DNA from: Longimicrobiales bacterium
GTDB taxonomy: Bacteria; Gemmatimonadota; Gemmatimonadetes; Longimicrobiales; Gaopeijiaceae
Assembly: GCA_965202985.1 (NCBI GenBank)
Contig: CBDBCF010000001.1
Location: forward strand, 2,752,001 to 2,816,000
Direction of reading: 5' to 3'
DNA length: 64,000 bases
The notes beneath the pieces were generated by a model, which was not told where the DNA came from, made no database searches, and saw nothing but the letters and a program-made list of their open reading frames with translations. This document shows positions 19,889 through 28,800 of this stretch, one piece after another; the stretch's first letter is position 1, and each line of letters begins with the position of its first letter. Both the position numbers and the translations under genes were made by a program.

Positions 19889-22800
19889 CTATTCGAAGAC
19901 GATCCTGCCCGAGAGGCCGATGCGGCGTTCCGGGGGCTGGACGCCGCTGGCGACGTGTTCGCCGAACAGGTCCATCATCAGTTGCAGGCCGGGTGACCGG
20001 GTCCCCGGGGACTCGGTAAGTTGCCCCGTGGTCTCGCCGCCCAGCAGCGACCACCGCGTCCCCACGTTCACCCGATGGCCCGTCGGTCCCTCGCGGCTCC
20101 AGCGGCCGAACGGCTTGACTTGATTGCCGCCGGGCAGCAGCACGCCGTAGCCGACTTCCATCGCCACGCGGTCGGGCGCCCAGCCCGGCGCACCCGTGGC
20201 CGCCAAGAGGCCGGAGCTTGCCGGGAGGCCCAGGCTCGCCTGCGAGCCGGCGGTCGGGCCGCCGTCAGCAGCCGACGCGCCCTGCGCCGACGGGTCGCCC
20301 GGGTTGTGAGCAAGCCCCGTGCCTGCCGGAACGTTCGCGCCGACCGGCCGCGCCGCACCGCCCGGCGCGCCGAAGCCGCCCGCGCCAGCGGTCCGCCACA
20401 CCTCGGCGCCCCCCTGCCACAGCGCCCGCGCGCCGCGCCCAGCGTCGCCCCATGTCGGCTCGACCGAGAACGACAGCCCGCCGCCCTCGCCGCCCCCGCC
20501 CGGCTGCAACCTCAGCGAGAACCCGGCGCCCCAGTCCTTGAAGTCGCGCTCCTGGTGCACCAGCAGCGCACGGCCCCGCGCCGTCATGCTGAACCCGCTG
20601 GCCTGGTGCGCCAACCCCACCTCGGCGCCCGCCTCCGCGCCCATCCCCGTCTCCGCGTCGCCCCCGTCGAAGCGACCGCCCACCTCGAGCCGCGTCCGCA
20701 TCGCCAGCCCGCCGCCCAGCTGCCACTGGCCGCCGATCTCCGGCGCCAGTCGCACGCGCTGCGCGTCCGCCGTCACGCCCGCCAGCCCCGCCACGTCGTC
20801 CGACAAGATGCGCACCGCGAAAGCGTCCGCCTTCAGCGCCAACCCGCCGGTCAGCTCCTGGCGCACGCCCAGCGCGCCCATGCGCATCTCCAAGTCGGTG
20901 TCGAAACGGCCGCCCGCCGATTCCTCGAGCGTCGCGTCGCCACGGCCTGCGCCCGCCAAGCCCCACACGCCGAAGCCGCCGCCGGACGACCAGTGCAGGT
21001 AGGGGTACAGGCTGGTCAGGCGAGCGTCGACCGAGCCCGCGCCGTTGACGTCGCTGTCGAAGCCCGCCTCCATGTCGCTGCGCGAGCCCGCAAGGCCCAT
21101 CAGCACGCCGGATGCGAACCGGTAGTCCAGCCCCAGGTAGGCGGAGCGCGTGCGGCCGTCCATGGCGAAGCCGTCTTGGGGACGACCCTCGAACTCGCCC
21201 AGGTTCGCCTGGCCCCACACCGTCCAGCCCAACCGGACAGCAGCCTGCGAAGAGACGGAGGCGCCGGCCGAGGATGCGTCCGCCGGGGCGTCCGAGCCGC
21301 CGAACGCCAGTTGGAACGAGCTTTGCGAGCGCAGGCCGCGGGCGTCGACGGGGTTGAACGTCAGGCCGCCCCGGTCGGCGCGCCCGGCTTCGGGTTGCTG
21401 ACGGCCCTGGTAGGCGCCGCCCATGCCGCCCATGCCGGTCATGCCGCCTGCGCCACCCGCTGTCGGTTGACCGAATGCACCGCCCCGGCCGTCGCCGAAG
21501 AACAGCGCGGCCAGGTCGACGGTCCCGCCGGCCGCGTCGGGCGAGCCGGGGTGCACGATCTGCAGCCCCAGCAGGCCCGTCGCGCCCCGCACCAGCGACT
21601 CGAGGCCGCAATGGCCCGAGCCGCCTGCATCGCCGTTGCCGCCGCCTGCGGCCTGGCCCGAACCGCCCGCGGCGGCATTGCCCTGGCCGTCGTCGGCTTG
21701 GCCGTGCACTGCGTTCGCAACGTCGCCTTCAATGTCGGTCCGGCCGTCCGCCGCGGCCGCAACGTCGGCGAAGCCGCCGGCGCCGAACACATCCGAGCCG
21801 CCCGTGCCGCACGCCAGCGAGCGCCCGCCGAGCTGCACGTGCGACCGGCCCAGCGCGCCCGACGACCCCAGCCCCAACCGCCCGCCGACCGCCTCCACCG
21901 TCTCCGTGCCCAGCGACCTGCCGAACGCCGCCAGCGTCAGCTCCAACGCACGCGCGCGCTCCGACCGCGACGCCTCCACCGTCACACGCACCTGCTGCCG
22001 AACCGACAGCCCGCCCGGATCGCTCGCTAGTACGGTCACCACGGCCTCGCCGATCGCATGCGGCACAATCGACAACCGCCCCGCGCCCGTCACCGTCGCA
22101 GCAGCCACGGCCGGCGACGACGACTCGACTGCGTATGCCAGCGCGTCGCCGTCCGGGTCCCGGAAGTACTGCGCCAACTCCTCTTCCACCGCGTCGCCGT
22201 ATGCCTCGAGCGTCTTCGGCGACATCGCGCCCACCGCCTCCGGGCCCTCGTTCACGTCCAGCAGCGTCACCACGACGCCCGCCTCGGCCGTCAGTCCGCC
22301 CGCGTCCGTCGCCCGCACCGTCAGCGCGAACGACGGCGGACCTTGCTCGTAGTCCTCGCCGCTCCCCACGTACTGCAACGCGCCCGTCCGAGCGTCCACC
22401 TCGAACCGCTCGGCGTCACCTTCGGCCAAGCTGTACGCCGGTGCGTCGCCACGGTCCGGGTCCGTCGCTTCGACCGCGCCCAGCATCAGCGGCCCGGCAG
22501 CGTTCTCCGCCAGCTCGAACGCGTACGCGCTGTCCGCGAACGCCGGCGCCTCGTTCACGTCCAGCAGCGCGACCGTCGCAACCGCGCGCGCCGCCAACCC
22601 CTCGCCGTCGGTCGCCACGACCTCGAACTCCCAGCGCTCGGGGCCCGCCTCGTAGTCCTCGCCTTCGCCCGCGTACCGCACCTCGCCCGTCTCAGCGTCC
22701 ACCTCGAAGAGCGCCGCGCCTTCGCCCGACAGGCTGTACACGAGCGTGTCCGCTCGGTCCGGGTCCGCCGCCTCGACCGACCCCAGAACCAACGGGCCCG

Positions 22801-25800
22801 CGACGTTCTCCTCAAACTCCCACTCGTAGACCTCCGCAGCGAACACCGGCGCCTCGTTGCGGTCCAGCAGCGCCACCACCACCCGCGCAGACGCCGCGAC
22901 GCCGCCCCGGTCCGTCGCCCGGACCTCGAGCGCCCAGCTCTCCGGCCCCGTCTCCGCGTCCTCGCCTTCGCCCACATACCGCAGCTCGCCCGTAACGGCG
23001 TCCACCTCGAACCGCTCGGCGTCGCCTTCGGCCAAGCTGTACGCCGGCGGATCGTCCCGGTCCGGGTCCGTCGCCCGAACCGCGCCCAGCACCAACGGAC
23101 CCGCGGCGTTCTCCGCCAGCTCGAATGCATATGCGGAGTCCGCGAACGCGGGTGCCTCGTTCACGTCCGCAACCACCACCGTCGCCGTCGTCCGCGCCGT
23201 ACGGCCCAGCAAGTCCGTCGCCGTCGCCTCCAACACCCACGGCCCCGCGCCGCCCTCGTAGTCCTCGCCGCCGCCAACGTACCTCAACTCGCCCGTGCCA
23301 GCGTCCAGCTCGAACCGCTGGGCGTCGCCCGCTACGAGCGCGTAAGTCAGCGTGTCGCCCTCGTCCAAGTCCGCAGCCTCCAACACGCCCAGCACCAGCG
23401 GTCCCGCAACGTCCTCCGCCAGCTCGAACACCCAACGCTCCTCGACGAACGACGGCGCCTCGTCGTTCTCGTTCATCACCTTCACCGTCACCTTCGCCAC
23501 CGTCTCGAGCTGCTCGTCCTCGCCCACGCCGTCCGTCACCGCCACCACCAGCATCACGTACTCCGAACGCTGCTCCGCGTCCTCGCCTCCGCCAACGTAA
23601 GTCACCACGCCGCTCGACACGTCCACCTCGAACAGCCCCTCGCCTCCGCTCTCCAACCCGTAGCGCATCTCGGCGCCCAGAGGACTCGTCGCGACCACCT
23701 CGCCCACCGGCAGCGGGCCCGCAACGTTCTCCGCCAACTCGAACTCATACTCCAACCGACCGAACACCGGGTCCAGGCTGCCCGCGCCGTTCACCGCGTG
23801 GTCCGTCAAGTCCGTCACCGCGTGCGCGCCCAGGTCCAGAACCGCCGCAGCCTGGCCGCCCGCGATCCGCAGCGCGCCCGCAGCCTCCGCCAGCGCGTCC
23901 GCCGGGATGCTGATCCCGTCCGGGTCCCGGTCCGCCGGAAGGACCACGTACTCGAATACCAACACCGTCGTGCCCGAACCCGACACGTAGCGCGCGTGCC
24001 GCGTCGTGCCGCCCACGTCGATCGCCAGCCGCGCCCCAGCCGTGTTCGCAGCCGTCATCAACGCCGCCAGCGCCGGCGACGACGACGCGCCCGCCACTTC
24101 GACCGGTCGGCTGAACGTCACCTCGACACGGATCACGCCGCCCGCGCCGTACAGTCCCGTCGCCACCGGCTCGCTCGTCACCGCCACACCGACCACCACC
24201 GGCGCGACCTCGACCGTCCCGTCCACCTTGTCGTTCGCAGCAGCCGCGATCGCATGAGCGCCCAGCCCCAGCGTCGCCGGACGAACGCCGTCCGCCGTGT
24301 TCACGATCGTACCGCCGTTCAGCGTCAGCGCAGCAGCCGCCACGCCCACGCCGTCCGCGTCCGCGTCCACGCCGCCCGTACCGCTGCCGCCGCTGCCCGC
24401 GCCACGAACCCGGTACGCGAACGACAGCGTCGCCGTGCCGCTGCCGTCCGCGTAGCTCGCCTGACGCGCAACCGTCCCCACCGTCAACGCCAGACGCGGC
24501 GCCCCCGTCACCGTCACCGCGCGGTCGAACGTCACCTCGACCTCGATCCGCTCGCCCAGGCCGTAGGTGTCCGCGCTGTCCGGCGTGCTCGACACCGCAA
24601 CGCCCGTCACCGACGCGCCCGCCAGCGTCCCGTCCACCTTGTGGCCCGCTGCGGCGCTCAACGCATGGCTGCCCAATCCCAACGCCGCCGCAGTCGATCC
24701 GTCGCGGGCGTCCGCGATCGTCCCGCTGTTCAGCGCCAGCGCGCTCGCGCCGACCTCGATCCCGTCGGTGTCCGCGTCCGCAGCCACCACCACGTAACGG
24801 AACGTCAGCGCTCGCGTGCCCGTCCCGCTCGCGTAGTCCGCCTGCCGCGTCTGCGCGCCCACCGTCAGCGCCACCCGAGGCGTACCCGTCACCGCCACCC
24901 GACGGTTGAACGTCACCTGCACCTCGATCCGCTCGTCCCGGCCGTACGTCGTCGCCACCGCAGGCGAACTCGTCAGCGACACGCCAGACACCGACGCCGC
25001 CGTGAACGTGCCGCCCGCAACCTTGTGGCCCGCGCTGTTCGATATCGCGTGGGCGCCCAGTCCCAGAACCGCGTCCACCGTGCCGCCCGCCACGTCGATC
25101 GTCCCGCCGTTCAGCGCCAATGCGCCCGCTGCGATGCTGATGCCGTCCACGTCCGCGTCCGCAGTCACCACCACGTAACGGAACACCAACGACGCCGTGC
25201 CCGTGCCGCTCGCGTAGCTCGCCTGCTTCGTCGTGCTGCCGATCCCCAACGCCAGCTGCGGCGTGCCCGTCACGTCCACCGCCTTGTTGAACACAACCGT
25301 CGCAACCACCGTGTCGCCACGCTCGAACACGTCGCCCACCACCGGCGACGCGATCGACACCGCGCTCACGCCCGGCGGGCCCTGGTTCCCGTCCACCCGG
25401 TGGGCGCCGCTGTTCGATATCGCATGGCCGCCCAACCCCAGGCTCGCAGCCTCGTTCGCGTCGCGAGCGTCCGCGATCGTCCCGCCGTTCAGCGACAACG
25501 CGCTCGCACCGATGCTCAACCCGTTCCCGTCCGCGTCCGCTGCAACCACCGTGTACGCGAACGACAGCACGCGGCCGCCCGTCGTCGTCACGTACGACGC
25601 CTGCCGCGTCTGCGAGCCGATCGTCAATGCCAACTCGGGCGACCCCGTCACCGCCACATTCCGGTTGAACGTCACATTGACGCCGATCTCCTCGCTCAAC
25701 CCGTACGTGCCGCCGCCCGCCGGACTGCTCGTGATCGACACCGCGCTCACCGACGCCGCCGTGAACGTGCCGCCAGCGACCCGGCGCCCGCTCGCGTTGC

Positions 25801-28800
25801 TGATCGCATGATGCGCCAAGCTCAACAACGCGTCCGTCGTGCCGCCCGCCACGTCGATCGTCCCACCGTTCAGCGTCAGCGCATTCGCGCGGATGCTCAA
25901 CCCGTCCGTGTCCGCGTCGCCCGAAATCACCACGTACCGGAACTCCAACGACGTCGTGCCCGTCGCCGCGCTCGCGTAGGCTCCCACCTGCTGTGCGCCG
26001 ATCAACAACGCAAGCTGCGGCGCGCCCGTCGCGTCCACCGCCTTGTTGAACGTCACCGTCGCCACAATCGTGTCGCCACGCTCGAACGTGTCGTCCACCG
26101 GCGGCGCCGCCACCGTCAACCCCACCACGCCCGGCGGCCCCAAGCTGCCGTTCACCTTGTGCGACGCAGCGTTCGACACCGCGTTCGCGCCCAAGCCCAG
26201 CTCAGCAGCAGCAGCGCCCGGTCGCACGTCGGCGATCGCGCCGCCGTTCAGCGTCAACGCGCTCGCGCCGATGCTGAGCCCGTCCGTGTCCGCGTCCGCA
26301 GGACGGATCGCGTACCCGAACACCAGCGTGTCCGCCTTGCTCGTCGCCGACTCCCAGCTCGCCTGACGCGTCTGCGTGCCGATCGTCAGCGCCAAGCGCG
26401 GCGAACCCGTCACCGCCACCGGTCGCCCGAACGCCACCTTCACCTCGATCGACTCGCCCAGCTGGTACGTCTGACCGCTCGCCGGAACGCTCGATATCGT
26501 CACCGCGCTCACAGCCGGCGTCGTGAACGTACTGCCGGACACCTGGTGGCCGCCGCTGTTCGTCACCACCACGCCCACGCCCAGCCCCAACGTCGCGTCC
26601 AGCGTCCCGCCAGCCAGACGGATCGTCCCGCCGCTCAACGTCAGCGCGCCCGACCCGATGCTCAATCCGTCCGCGTCCGCGTCGCCCGACGCCACCACGT
26701 ACCGGAACACCAGCGACGTCGTGCCCGTTCCGCTCGCGTAGCTCGCCTGCCGCGTCGCCGAACCGATCGTCAGTGCGAGCCGCGGCGTGCCCGTCACGTC
26801 CACCGCGCGGTTGAACTCCAGTTCGACCTCGATCGTCTCGCCGCGCTCGAACACGTCGCCCACCACAGGCGAACCGATCGTCAGCGACGTCACGCCCGGC
26901 GGTCCCAGGCTGCCGTCCACCTTGTGCGCAGCAGCGTTCGCAATCGCATGGCTGCCCAGCCCCAGGCTCGCCGCAGTCGAACCGTCGCGAGCGTCGGCAA
27001 TCGTACCGCCGTTCAGCGCCAAAGCGCTCGCTGCGATGCCGATCCCCGTCGAGTCCGCGTCCGCAGCAACCACCGTGTAGCGGAACGCCAGCGTCTTCGT
27101 GCCGCTCCCGCTCGCGTACGACGCCTGCCGCGTCAGCGTGTCGATCGTCAGCGCCAGCTGCGGCGTGCCCGTCACGTCCACCGGACGCGTGAACGTCACC
27201 TCGACCTCGATCATCTCCGTCCGTCCGTACGTGCTGTCGCTCGACGGTGCGCTCGCGATCGCCACGCCGCTCGGCGCCGACGCCGTGAACGTGCCGCCCG
27301 CCACCTTGTGGCCCGTGCTGTTCGTGATCGCGTGCACGCCCAAACCCAGCACCGCGTCCGTCGTGCCGCCCGACACACGGATCGTCCCGCCGTTCAGCGC
27401 CAGCGCGCCCGACCCGATGCTCAATCCGTCCGCGTCCACATCCGCCGTCACCACCTCGTACCGGAACATCAGCGTGTCCGTGCCCGTGCCCACAGCGTAG
27501 TCCGCCTGCTTCGTCGCGCTCCCGATCCCCAGCGCCAGCTGCGGCGTGCCCGTCACGTCCACCGACTTGTTGAACGCCACCGACACCTCGATCGTCTCGC
27601 CCCGCTCGAACGTGTCGCCCACAAGAGGGGAACCGACGACCAAGCCCGCCACGCCCGGCGGCCCCTGCGCGCCGTCCACCTTGTGCGCCGTCGCGTCCGC
27701 GATCGCGTTCGAACCCAGCGCCAGGCTCGCCGCCACCGTAGTGTCCCGGCCGTCGCCGATCGTCCCGCCGTTCAGAGCCAAAGCGCTCGCACCGATGCTG
27801 ATCCCCGTCGGGTCCGCGTCCGCAGCCGTCACCGTGTACCGGAACGCCAGCGTCTTCGTGCCGCTCCCACTTGCGTACGACGCCTGCACCGTGTCGCTCC
27901 CGATCTCAAGCGCCAACCACGGCGTCCCCGTCACCACCACGCCGCGGTTGAACGACACCCCGATCTCGATCCGTTCGCCCAGCTCGTACGTGTCCCCGCT
28001 CGACGGAGTGCTCGTGACCGCCACCCCGCTCACCGCCGTCGCCGTGAACGTCCCGCCCTGCACCTTGTGACCCCCGCTGTTCGTGATCGCGTTCGTCGTC
28101 GTCCCCCAGGGCGTTCCGCCAAGCACGGCCACGTTGGTGCCCGCATCCGTGATCGTCGAGGCCGGCGTTCCCGTCAGCTGCAACGCGTTGCCGCCGATGC
28201 TGATGCCGTCGCCGTCCACATCCGTCGCCTCCACCACGCGGTGGAACTCCAAAGTGTCCGTGCCCGTGCCCGAAGCGTACGTCGCCCCCGCGTAGTTGTT
28301 CGTCCCGATGTTCATCCACACCGTCGGCACGCCCGTCACGTCCACCGAACCGCTGTAGACGACGATCACCTTGATCGTGTCGCCACGCTCGAACGTGTCG
28401 CCCACCGGCGGCGGCCCCAGCGATACGCTCGTGATGCGCTCCGCGCCCGCCACTATGTGGTCCGGGCTGTTCGTGAGCGCGTTCTGGCCCAGATGAGGCC
28501 AGGGCGTGTCGTGGAACGCGCTCGTGGTGGTGCCCGCCTCTCTGATCGTCGAGCCCCCCGTCAACTGAATCGCGTTGCCGTAGAGGCTCAGGCCGTTGGG
28601 GTCGGAGTCCGCCGCCTGCACCACGTAGCGGAACTTCAGAGTGTCCGTGCCCGTGCCCGATGCGTACAGCGCCGGATTGTGCGTAGCCGACGCGAAGTTC
28701 AGCCACGCCGTCGGCACGCCCGTCACGTCCACCGAGTCCGAGTAGACCATCGTCACCACGATCGTGTCGCCCCGCTCGAACACGTTGCCCGTCGGCGGCC

